A stretch of 51,637 nucleotides of DNA, filler included, from Sphacelaria rigidula (lineage: Eukaryota), in the NCBI GenBank assembly GCA_964200075.2. It is 4 parts of 4 records of this genome, joined end to end, with 100 filler letters (N's around TTAATTAATTAA, not from the genome) between each part and the next. Parts side by side here need not be neighbours in the genome. Positions count along the whole stretch, not along the records: positions 38,806 to 51,637 come from CAXNAA020003379.1; 3 more parts are not named here. One strand, 5' to 3'. The notes below the pieces were generated by a model. The model made no database searches, was not told the DNA's origin, and saw only the letters and a program-made list of their open reading frames with translations. Of this stretch, positions 38,896 through 50,590 are shown piece after piece. Position 1 is the stretch's first letter. Every line of letters starts with the position of its first letter. The position numbers and the translations under genes are program-made.

Positions 38896-39210
38896 ATACT
38901 GTAGATGGTGGTGATGCATGACTCTCACCCATAGCAATCGACAACGGGCGGGAGTGACTGTTTTGAGAAGTCGGTAGGCTGAAAGCGCTTGTTTCGTCTG
39001 CTCAGGCCTTGTTTCTCGCCGAGTGTTTTTCTCCGGCACTTTTTTCTCGTTTTGATGGGAGTTAACAATATTTTCTGCTTTTTTTTTTGTAGATTGGCCA
39101 TTTCTTTCTGCGCTTTGTTTTTGTTTACTTTTTTTTTTTCACGTCTCAGTCTACTACGTCGTTCTGTTTCTTCTTTTTCCTAAGCGAGTGTTTCAATTTT
39201 GTTTTGTCTC

Positions 39211-39287
39211 GGGTACGTCCATCATGTGACCACGGCTGGATCATGACCCCTGGGGGGTCAGCTAAAATGCGACAATCAATCAATCAA
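39211..39287 (+). repeat. Short retroposon-like repeat with stem-loop and (CAAT)n tail, copy 1
   Basis: GGGTACGTCCATCATGTGACCACGGCTGGATCATGACCCCTGGGGGGTCAGCTAAAATGCGACAATCAATCAATCAA; matches 42549-42632 (-) and 48712-48788 (-), with diverged copies near 40967 and 41572. Confidence 0.85.
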
Positions 39288-39356
39288 ACATCAATAATAC
39301 CCCTTCGTTTGTTTTTCCCTCTCTTCTTGTTTGTATCTATCTCATGCTTGATTAAG

Positions 39357-42300
39357 GTGGTGCCTGACAGAAAAGGACACCCTACGCTGGCCATCAACTT
39401 CGATGACAAGACGACCCAGCTGTTCAAAGAGGTACGTCGCCCCTAGCTCCACGTCGAGCAAAGGATAGCCGTACGCAGCTCGTGTGTCTATGCATAACCT
39501 ATCTTGACCAATAAGCAAGAAATATGCAAGCGTTCAAGATCGTATCCATAGGCGTACTCTCCGCCGTAGCGATGTGTTGTTGTTGTTGTTGTTGTTGTTG
39601 TCGTTTATTTGTGCAAAGCGCTCTCTACTTGCTGCTGTTTCTCGCCGCGTATGTATTTTACTGTTCCTGTGTGTGTTGTGATTCGTTCGACACATGTGAT
39701 GATCTACACTTTCAATCCTGCAAAGGCAGCGGCCGGTCCTGCAGGAGCCAGGCGGAACTATGTGATGCATCTTGAATCTTGACAAGAGTTTCCCGTAGCG
39801 AATGTTTTCGCGCATTTACCGTGGAAAACATGTTTCTGTAACTACTTCTGCGTGAGTTGTAGATTTGCCGAGTTTGAAACACGTACATACAAGGGCACAA
39901 AGAGCAATGTACTTGACGCACCGTGTCATGGGTTAAGCATCCCACGACCAAACGGGGTTCATTTCCAACGTTAGCGCAGCGCGCGCCATGACTTCTGCTG
40001 GGAAAATTGTGTACCCGTTAAATATGTCATTCTCCAAAGGTGAGATTGATGAGGCGTTTTCTGTTTATATACGAGCTGGGCCAGCCAACAGTGGGCAGCT
40101 TTCTCGGCTAGGCGACGCACAGCTTGAAATTAGGGGTCGCTGAAATTTTTACAGTAGCTCATTATGATCGACATGTATTATATGCCGAGAGCAGAAAATA
40201 AAAAAATAAAAAATAAGTTATGGTGATTTGAAAATTCAGCGAAAACAAAGATAATGTCATGAGTCCAGGAAAAAAACGAAAATCTGCAGCTGCTCCTATG
40301 ATGTATCATTTCCTTGGATGCAGAAGGTCTTCGTGAAATTTCAGCTTAAGAATCGTCGAATTGAGCCGTGCGTCCAACGTTTTGCGTGACGCTGCTGCAT
40401 CCCTCTAATTCAAGTGATGGGAGACTCCAAATATGGAAGTCATGAGTTCGAATCCCGACAGATTCTCTGTTCTTCTTCGTCCGTCGTTAAGGTCATATAT
40501 TATGCAGCACATTTTTTTTTTCATTCAGCGGCGGTGCCGTGTGTTACCAGGTTGGTCTGCACTTCCCAGTGATACGCTTACATTGGGTTCATTCGGGAAA
40601 CTGGGAAAGCTGTAGTGTGGACAACGTTTGGCTGCTTTTAAGCTGGCCCAGCTCGTACAGTATTTCGCAGTCAGTGACGGAAAAACTACCCATATATCGG
40701 GAGCAGTTCCAATGACGATGCAGTATACGTCGATACGAAATATATTTATATATTAGTATACAATATATACCGTGTGAAGAAACTCCGGTGACTATTTGTG
40801 TGTGTGTGTTTTTTTATTTGGAAATTGATTTCACATTCGCCCGCCGTTATCCCTGTTAGCGTACTGTGTCATGTCTCGTTGGCGCTCTGTTAGTTTTCTC
40901 CCGTGTCTTTCACGTTCGACTCTCTGTCGACGTTAGCTCAGCAAGGCTTTCCGTTTAGTTGCCTTTGGTACGACTATCGTGTGACCACGGAGGGGTTCGC
41001 CGCGGTTTGATGTGCGACAATTAACCAAATAGCCGAACAACCTACCGATCAGGTGCGGCACCTGCAATTCCTGGGCCTCTTGGTGACGGAGGGAGACAGC
41101 GCGGCGGGAGGGGTTAGCAAGATCCAGCGCATGGCCGTCAAGGCCCAAGAGCGATACCCCACGGCGGTGGCGCTGGGTGGTATTCTCCGGACTTACTCGC
41201 AAACACGGTGAGACTTTTCTCTCTTGTTTTGTTTCCGCAAGTCACGAGGTACATGATACCTTCATGATCTATAATCTATGCTATGTGATATCTACATGAT
41301 ACCACACAACGTTAACGCCTGGCTCGTGCAGCGTTGTAAGGTTATTTGTCACCATTATTTCCATCGTCGGGTTCTGGTGTGCTTGTGCTAGCGGCCTCCC
41401 TTGTGAAGAGTTTCACTCGTCGGACAGCCCATAAGCTACCTGAATACTTTTGAATTAAGTACTGATCCGGATTATGCGGTTTCGCGCACACCGTGAGCCT
41501 TCGTATTTTTCGTCTCTCTTGCCCTCGAGCGGCTCCGCGCTGCATAGTGCTTCTATCTATTGGACCACATGTATCGTGTGAACACGGCTAGATTCATGTT
41601 TGATTAGCTTCATGTGCGACAATTAGTCAATCAATCAATCAATTCCTTTCTACATCCCGAACATTCCTTGGTCGAAATACGCCCAGGGCAAGCCTGACGG
41701 CGGAAACAGAACGGCTTCTGGTGGGACCCCTGAAAGCTGTCATGACTCACATATCGGAGGCCTTTCAGAATCCTCGCAAGATTCGCACCAGCACTGGTAG
41801 CAACACCGCTGTGGGCAGCGGGCGGGAGAGGATGGAGTGGGGCAAGGAAGGGCTAGGGGTGTGGGTAGCAACCCTGGCAGAGCAGGTGAAGAGACACACA
41901 CAGTACAGTACATTTAACGCAAGTTCGTGGCTCAAATATTTTATGGTTGATCCATCAGGGTTTAGAGGTCGATGGTTAGATTCTAATCTCTTTGGAGACT
42001 GGGAATCCCAAGCCCTGGGTGGAGTTGGCAATATTTAGCGCATGGGTCTTCAGGACAGAGGTCGATCAAGAACTCTCAGGTACTGAGCTTCAACTGATTC
42101 CTATATATTAGATCTACAATATCCATGTTTTAGGTAAGGCTGAGTGACATGTTGTTGCGACCGAGCCGAAGTACCTGAGAGTTCTTGATCGACCTGGAGT
42201 TGGGTCAGAGTTCAGAGGTGATGATCCAGCCTGGGTTCAAGTAAATGTTTTTATTCTAATGATGAGGGGTCCTGTAGCTTGTTTGGCCCTGCAATGCACG

Positions 42301-45300
42301 TTAACAGTATATCGTACCAACACAAGAAGTGTACCGTAACGCACAAGCATACAATAGTTTAGTTGATTATTTGTATTCATTTTTATCTTATCATGATCGT
42401 GGAGAAGGGTGCTTCGGTGTTCCCTTTTGAAAGATCATTGACCGCGTGTGAAATACTTCAGTAGCGACATGCTTCTTTTTTGTTCGTCTCGCCTGCACAG
42501 GTTGGAGTTTGACTCGACTTGAATGATACAGCATGTGCTACACGTGTATTTGATTTGATTAATTTGATTCGATTGTCGCACTCTAACTGACCCCCCAGGG
42601 GTCCAGGCGTGGTCTCCATAATAGACGTACCCAAGAAGAACACTGTTATTATACTTGTTATGTTGAGACATCTCCGAGCGGTATCTGATGAGCACATACA
42701 GAATTGTTCCACCTTCTGTGCGCCAGTCTTGAGCTTCACACTCAATAGAAGCGGATGGGTGACTTTTTAAAATTTTGATGGAGATTCTGCCTGCTGTGTT
42801 TCCGGACAAAAAGTCGACTGCAATTTTTGGGGTGTCGTGATGAAGTATTCCCACTCCATGTTGTTTCTTTGTTTCTTGACAACGATCTTGAGGTAACTTT
42901 CGACTGTGGTCCCACGTAGGTTTCCTCTTCTGTCAGCTGCAGGTGTCGAGTCGGGTGGCTGTACGCCAGACTAGATGCTCCGTCTGCACTCTTCCTCACA
43001 TGAAATATGTTGGGGTGACGCGCGTTGCTGTTTCATGTCGGCGTTTGTTGTTTTTTCGGGTGCAGGTGTTCAGCCTCCAAGAGAAGGCGGAGGAGGTGTC
43101 CAGCCTAGTGGTAGCAGCGGAAGAGCGACTCAAAAGCCTGGACAAGTGCCCCTTCCAAGCCAGCAGCATGGAGGAGGCGTTGGCATCTCTGCAGGCAGGA
43201 ACACGTAACAAACCATTAGGATGCATCAACACTAGTCAAGTGGTTTTGTGTAGTGAACATTTCACACTCCGGCTATCTCCCATGGCTGCATTGAGATCAT
43301 GACCATGGCTGCATTTGGATCATTAGCACGGCTGGACTTGTAGCGGGTATACAACGAATCCGCATATGATGGTGATTTGGTGAACGGCCGCGAGTATTGC
43401 GCCTTGAATTTTGTGATGAAATACAAAAGATGCAAAATCACACCAAGATGAGGAGGGGGGGGGGGGGGGGGGTGTATTGGTGGATATGATGAATGAAGAA
43501 CTTGTTGCATATTTGGATGTGAAGGCGAAGCGTCTTGTTTGCTGTTTTGACCACTTGACTGATGCGAATGAACATGAGAAAATATCAAGTGGTCCACAAT
43601 TTCATTTTCTTTCACAAGACTAGTTTGTATCTTTCTGCCATTTTTCATCGGTCAGGCCGTGGTTGATGACATGTCGCTGGCGGGGTGCAGCAACCTGAAC
43701 AGCTGGGTAAGAGGGCTAGACCAGAGGGTGGAAGACGTTCTAGCAAGGAGGCTCGAAAAGGTGATTTTGGATTCCTACGGGTTGTCGTTAGAAGTATCGT
43801 TCTGTTGCGCTGTTTGGCATCCGGCTTGGTTATTGCTTTTGGGCCGTCTACCCAATACGCTACAATTTAGAGCGCTCGTGTTTTCTTCTCGTGTCATGTT
43901 TACCATACCGTGTATGGAATAGTGCGTAGTTGAACACCATAACGGGCGTTGTTGGCACACTACAGTATCCAACCCTATTTGGTCGTCGTGGCAAGCGCTG
44001 GTACGGACTCGTCCCGAAGAGGGGGGGGGGGATCGACGGTATGACGATAAAAGAAGGAAAACACGACGCCCTTCTCGCTTGTCATTCCCTCCTCTTCGTC
44101 TCCACGGCCCTTTCCCACACCGCCAACACCTTATAGTACCACCACAGCAAGCCAAGTTTATTTCCCTCAAACCCCGCACACTCCACACCGTGCACACAGG
44201 CGGTGACATCATGGGTGCAAGCATTCTCCCTCCAGCAAGACTCGAGCGCCAATGGTGACAGCGGACTCGACAGAGACCCAGAGGGTCTTCTATCGGAAAC
44301 TGACTACAAGGGAGGCGGCGTGACATCGCAGGAGATGACGGGCTTGCAAATGGAGTGCACCGTGCACGAAATTCTCCTCAAGAACCAGGTCCTTTACCTG
44401 TCGCCACCCCTGGAGCACGCTCGAGCCGCTTGGGTACACCAATTCCATAGCTACCTGCACACTGCAGCGGGCTTGCCTAGGCTGCGCAGCAAGAGCTTCG
44501 CAGTGCTAGGTGGAGGCGAGGGCAATAGTTCCAACTACCTGCGGGTGATCAAGGCGCTGCCTAGGGAAAGCTTGTGGAAGGCTTACGAGGAAATCGAGGC
44601 ACGGCTGGCTCAGGTGATGTTTGTATAATGACATTATCAATCGCTGTACGATACGCGCATTTGTTCACGTCAAATTGTTGAAAGGTCTGCGCCGGGATCA
44701 CGTGGTGCAGAGTTTTGAATGTAGCACTGTGTGAGGGTTTTGCCTCATTTTTTGTCCTATTTCCTTCCTCTTTTTCATCAAATCCAATAGATGTGGAATG
44801 CGAACAATATTGATTGTACAACTACACCTTGTTCTGTTTGTGCGTGTTGTATCATTCACAGTGGTAGTGTTGTGGCGGAGATTGACACGGGGCTCGCGCA
44901 AGGTACGTGTGCTGACTGCCAACATATGTACAGAACGGATCCTGAAGGCCCCACAAATTCCGTTATAATCACTAAACCTCAAGTTCAATGATCACGTGGG
45001 TAAGGATACAGTGAACACCCGCCTTCCGAGGAAAGGGGTATACAATCAGTAACTACAGTAGTGCACGCGGATGGCGTTGCCTTTTCTATCATTGGCATTT
45101 CCCCCCCACCTACTTCTCCCAGATCCCCGTTGGTTCCTCGGCGGAGGGACTCGGAAAAGCGGTCAAGCGTGTTGGTGAGAGACAAGCCAGAATAGGTGTC
45201 CGCATGGCTGCAGCACCAGAGAGTCTGTCCCCAGAGGCGTGTCTACTGAACTTGAACATTTTCCCCCTCAGAGCCCTCTCGAGTAAGACAAGAATAATCT

Positions 45301-48300
45301 ACTCCTTTTGGTTCTGCAATTCCACCCCCCCGTCCCGTCCCGTCCCGTCCCTGAACGTGCCTTGCACTGGAGTGTAGAGGACTGAATTAAGAACCCCGCC
45401 CCCATCTCGTCATTTCTCAAGATTTCATAAGCAAATGTTTACATCCGTAGTGTTGAATACGAACACCAATCGCCTCGTGACTCATAGGACAAACTGGCGA
45501 CGTACTACGCGCCAGCATCAGGAGAGGTTGTGGAACTTTCGAGACAGGTGTTGTCTCCAGATATCTGCAATAATTTCCCCAGAAGAGTCCATCACCCCTT
45601 TGAGATCGCTGAACATCATCTCGTGTGTGTGTGTGTGTATGTGTGTGTGTGGGTGACTCCACTTGCCGGGGTATCGTTCGTAAACAGGTGGGCGAGTATG
45701 TGTCATCGTGGCTACAGTACCAGAGCCTGTGGGACATGCCGGTACAGGCGGTGAGGACGCGCTTGGGCAGCGACGTGAGCCTGTGGTGTCAGATGCTGGG
45801 AGAGGCCAAGGCTGCGCGCTCGGTGGTGGAGAACACGAGCAGGGAGAAGGCCTTCGGACCCGTTATCGTCGACTACTCGAGCGTGCAGGCCAAGGTATAG
45901 TCTTGCATTCTCTGTGTTGCTGGGGGTTGCAGTGGCCAGGAAAACGTGTAACTTTTTTGGTCATGTTGGATTACAGTGTTCGACGAGGTCGACGTACATA
46001 GCTTGAAGAACAACAAAAAAGGTGTTCCTTGCCGGTTTGGGTCGCATGAGGGTGAGTGCTAAGCTTGGCGTTTACTTTTACCCGTTGCTGTTTTCTTTCG
46101 CGAGTTCTGTTAGACAGATCGTTCGACTTGTAGTCGGGTGTCGATGTCACGTGGTTGAACAAAAAAATCGCAATGTACACTGGATATTGGCGATACCCGA
46201 GGACTTGCAGAGACAGGAATACTGTATACAAAATGGATACTAGTCAAGTCGAATATAAACCGTGAATAACGATGATGGCATACACGTGCTTCGTTTTTCC
46301 GACGTATATGCCGCACGTTCAACCCCCTTGCTTCGTTACGTACATGGCGATGTTTTGGTGAAATTTGAGTGCGATATTGCCTTACTTGAAATGCGATACC
46401 CTTTCGGAGCGTGAAGTGCACCCTGGTAGTCGAACACATGAAAGTTTACAAGTATCCGAAGAAAATGCATTCGCGTGTACCCTCATCACGAGGAATGCAC
46501 TGCGTATATGTGTCTGTGCCCACGCGAAGGTGAACCTGAAGTACGATGCCTGGCAGAAGGAGCTTCAGGGATGCTTCGCAACCATCCTCGCAGAGGAGAC
46601 GCAGCAGGCAAGTCATCATACACTATGATCCTCTCCATTCATTTTCCGCGGGCCAACTGCAATAATGTGTGTGTGGCGTGCTGCACACCCCGGTGGTTCA
46701 ATGGTACAACTGACACCATTGAGGCGGGGGAACGGGGGTTCGATTTCCCGCTAGCTGCGTCTATTTCGGATTTTTTTCCATTAAAAGTACCAGTGTCTGA
46801 TTCCCGTCTCGTGAGTAACAAAATAGAAAATAAAGCTCGTGTCTGGGTGAGTTTGTTACGCGACCCCGTCTTCGCGGTGCTAGAATGCTGGCCCAATCCG
46901 CGGTATCTGCATGTGAGGCGTGCACCGGGAAGAGATGAGTTAATCCGTTAAGGCCACGGACTCATTCCGAGGGGGTGAGAGTAATGAGTGAGAACAAAAG
47001 TAGAAGAAACGGTCTTTGCGATCAACATGAGTGTGCGCTGTCTTGACCTTTGCCGATTATGTGAAAAGCGAAGGGAGATGTTTCTGGGCTGGACCCCGTT
47101 TAACCCTTTCATGCTGCGGAGTGCTCGGGTTGTTGCTTGAAAATCTCTCATGTCGAAGCGAACATGTATGGATTGATTGATTCCAATGTATACATGCTTT
47201 TATCATCGCGTGAATATCTCAAGACCGCTCGTGGTTGAAAGATTGAGTTGCTCGGGCCGGGTCAACGGAGGAGCCTTGCAAGAAACAAAAATGAGCACGG
47301 CCGTTCAACATCCTTCAGAGAATATGCCCAAATGCCCCCGGGCAGCATTTTAGCCAACTGCTATCCTCAAGGGATACAACACTTGCAGAAGCTCCATATT
47401 TGGGCACCGCCGTGTCCGTTTTGTACTGTGTGTACACCCCCCAAATATGATCGCCCCGAATTAGTCACGCTTAGCCCATCTACTTATTCATGTCAATGTT
47501 TGCAGTGGATTACATTTCAGTGTACGAGCGCTCCTGCAGGGGGGGGGACGGCGTACTCATTTGTTGCGTGCCCTAGTCGTTTGACCATTGACCATGCATC
47601 CCTTTCGAGGCGGAGCTCCTCCAGGGGGTAGATATCAAAATATTTGCTGTCAAAGGATTCAACCACCTGCCATCCACGGCACGGTGTGCAGTTGGTGTCT
47701 CGTCCGTAGCTTATCTTGAGAAGCCTTGCTGCAATTTTCCACTTGACCAGGCGCACCAAATCCTGTCGGAGGCCAAGGCCAGACTGGAAGGTTGCATGCT
47801 AGAGGGCTCCACGAGCGATGTGGTGAAGGGAGTCACGTACATCCAGGTGCGATAGCTGCCTCTCTCTTATGTGTGTTTTCGATTTTTTGACCACCGCATC
47901 AGCGCTTTTTTCAGAAATGAGATCGGAAGATGGAAGATTCCTGGACAAGCACGCACCCAAAATGCCACTTCTCTGGCGGGGGGCATCTCACTGCAGTGGC
48001 GACCTGCAGGCACTAGTTCTCCCACGCCATACTGCTACACCACGAAGAAAGGAAAAAAAGTCGGATGATGAGTGGAGATGAGCAATGGCGTGTCGGTGAA
48101 GCAATCGCGATTGTCAGGAAAACGTGGACATACAGACATGAAAGTAGTTTTAGTACTGCTAGTCATGCATAGCAGTCAGACACAGAGGCGACCAGAAACG
48201 AGACAAGCAGACAAGATATGAAAAATAAAAAACCAGGCATTCAGAGGAAAAACAGATGCTGGTGATTGTGTCCGCAATGGCGTGAAGGATGACATTTTCG

Positions 48301-50590
48301 GGCGAAGCGGTTGTGGTTGTTTGTCCTGCGCGCGATTTGATGCTCAGGCCGTTGTCTCCCGAGTGTCCTCTGTACGATATAGGGTATGTGTCACGTCACT
48401 TTGATGCCGTTATGTGTCCATGGAAAAGTCCTTCATGCCACGGGGCCCGGCCCCAGTGGGACCACCAACTTGATGGGAAGCGGTAGCGGTATCTTCGCCG
48501 CCGCGGCCCGGGGGTGTAACGAGCACAACGGGCACAGTAGTGTACAGCAATAACCAGTAGCCTGCAATAAACAATGTTTTCGTGAGATTGAGAGTCCAGG
48601 ATACGCTTGGGGGTGAGAAGCGGTCAATTGATGAGCGAAATAATTTCAGTTCCGAAATGCCCCTCCAGGCGTTATGTACGTTTCTGTAGTATAATAGCTT
48701 GCCACTGATTTTTGATTGATTGATTGACGTACTTTAAGTGACCCCCCAGGGGTCATGATCCAGCCGTGGTCTCATGATAGACGTACCCAACAAAAAACAA
48801 ACTGAAACATGCCTTGAAGCCTTTGATACCCCCGAGTAGGGTATGGACGGGCAGCTGTGAGTAGACGGCAGTGTCACAGGCAAAGAAATGCATGTACACG
48901 ATGAAAAATTGGTCAAGTTAAGGCGAACAATGGAAGCCATTCTCAATCAACGCAAGACTCTCAATCTCATGAAAACATCGTTAATAGCCAATGGTCAGTC
49001 AGGGTCAAAGATTGAGGGTTCGGTTCCCGACATATCCGGTCTTTTGGAGGTGAAGCTGTTTTTTGTGTCTGGAAGCGTGAGGACAAATGCGGGAGATAGG
49101 GATTCGGCGAAAGTCGACACGGAGCGAGAGAGTTGATTGCCATGACCCGATGCTCGATGCCAAAATGGCACGTTGTTTCGGCATTGCTCCTTGTTCTATT
49201 GCATTTTATTTTACTCACTGCGCTTCTGTCGCTTGGTTTAAGAAATGTCGTAGCATGGATGATGAAAAATCACGAACGCGGACCTGTTCTCAAAATCTCT
49301 GCTTGTATATTTTTAGAGAGTCGGAAAACAAAAATAGGCGAGAAAAACTCGGAAGTAATAATCGTTTGATCGAATTTTAGTAAGAAGGCGCAAATTATCC
49401 CCGAGTTCTCGGCTTAGATTTTGTTTTTTTGAAAATCTCTACTTCGAACATTTTTTTTCATGGGATAACCGAGGATTCGAGGATTCCACCTCGACGTGGG
49501 CGTCCTTGAGCTAACAAGAGCCAACAAAACAGCATGTGTAGCATGTGTTCGGATGCTTTTCCGGTTACATGGAGAAAATGCAGGGATGGGGAACAGGGCG
49601 TCCTACGTCCGGTGATGATGAACAAGTGCCACCATTTGCTCGTTTTTTGCAGGAAATGCGACAGCGCCAGAAATCTCTTGGCAAGCAAGCTGAAGCGCTG
49701 TTGGCTGGTGAGCGTCTTCTGGTCAGGCAGCGCTTCCAATTTCCCCCGAGCTGGCCCCAGACGTCCATGGTCGAATCGGCCTACGCAGACTTCGAGACTA
49801 TCCTCGGCCGCAGGTGTTTTTTCGTGTTTCCCGTTCCTTTGTGACGTACGGGTACTCGGAGATTGAACTTTAACTCCATGTGCCTCATTTGCAAGTCACG
49901 GGTCGCTCACCGCGTTTGCCTGTCATGTACGAGTACAGCTGTTGAGTGCCATAGGTAACTGTTGCGTCTTATGCGCAGCTCTTGAGTTTCATGTGTGACT
50001 GTTGCGTCTCATGCGCAGCTCTTGAGGTTCATGTGTAACTGTTGCGTCTCGTGTTGAACTTTCTGGTGTCGTGTGCACGTCTTGCCTATCGCGCATGTGC
50101 ACATGTTGTGTATCGTGTGCAACTGTTGCGTCTCCACGCGCGAGTCTTGCGATCATATCCAACCATGATCAGGTCCTGCACAACACTTGACGTGTAATGG
50201 GCGCACGAAATTCTTGCTTGTTGTCACATGTAGCTCTGCCGCGTGTAATGTGAGTTCGCACAGGCTTGGTGACCGGTACACGTCTTCGTCTTTCAGGCGG
50301 CCTTCGTACAGAACACCTGATTCCCGCGCACGTGACTTCTGCGACATGTCTCTTCTCGCCGAATTTCATACCCGTCTTCTTTGTCTGGCACAACTATTGT
50401 GCTTATCTCCGCCTCGATTTGCTCTCGATTTCCATTTTCCGCTGCCAGAGGTCGCGCCATGGAGGAACGGATCCCTCTACTTCGAGGCAAGGTGGGGGCC
50501 GAGGCGAAGGCCATGGACAAGAAACTCCAGGATCTATCCCAGGACTGGGAGGCCAGAAGACCCCTTTCCAAGGAACACTCGCCCGCTGAG
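39357..50590 (+). CDS. DYNC1H1: Cytoplasmic dynein 1 heavy chain, internal tail-region exons (partial at both ends)
   Basis: Exons 39357-39431, 41053-41207, 41687-41885, 43066-43194, 43656-43760, 44200-44613, 45688-45894, 46530-46607, 47751-47846, 49653-49813, 50449-50590 join in phase. Recognised motifs: [78 protein letters not shown]. Confidence 0.95.
40072..40655. mobile_element. Tc1/mariner-type MITE (584 bp) in a dynein intron
   Basis: Perfect 14-bp terminal inverted repeats CGAGCTGGGCCAGC/GCTGGCCCAGCTCG flanked by TA on both sides; no ORF. A related end (TA-CGAGCTGGTCCAGC) starts at 38651. Confidence 0.85.
42059..42195 (+). ncRNA. Candidate intronic miRNA-like hairpin
   Basis: Perfect 26-bp inverted repeat 42059-42084/42170-42195 around an 85-nt spacer, in a dynein intron. 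No expression evidence. Confidence 0.4.
42549..42632 (-). repeat. (CAAT)n-tailed repeat, copy 2
   Basis: Reverse complement matches 39211-39287. Confidence 0.8.
46683..46757 (+). mobile_element. tRNA-derived segment (tRNA-Gly-like), probable SINE head or tRNA pseudogene
   Basis: A-box-like GGTGGTTCAATGGTA and B-box-like GGGTTCGATTTCCCG at tRNA spacing; acceptor and anticodon stems are degraded. Confidence 0.5.
47539..47616 (+). repeat. G-tract interspersed repeat, subfamily B, copy 3 (dynein intron)
   Basis: Matches 36450-36527. Confidence 0.85.
48712..48788 (-). repeat. (CAAT)n-tailed repeat, copy 3
   Basis: Reverse complement matches 39211-39287. Confidence 0.85.
49936..50050 (+). repeat. 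40-bp tandem repeat (~2.8 copies)
   Basis: ACTGTTGCGTCT(T/C)ATGCGCAGCTCTTGAG(T/G)TTCATGTGT with period 40 from ~49957; the core recurs at 50121. Confidence 0.85.

Noticed and set aside
39575..45651. (TGT)n at ~39575, (CCCGT)n at ~45328 and (TG)n at ~45623
   Set aside because: Ordinary intronic microsatellites; the poly-Cys ORF they create is spurious.
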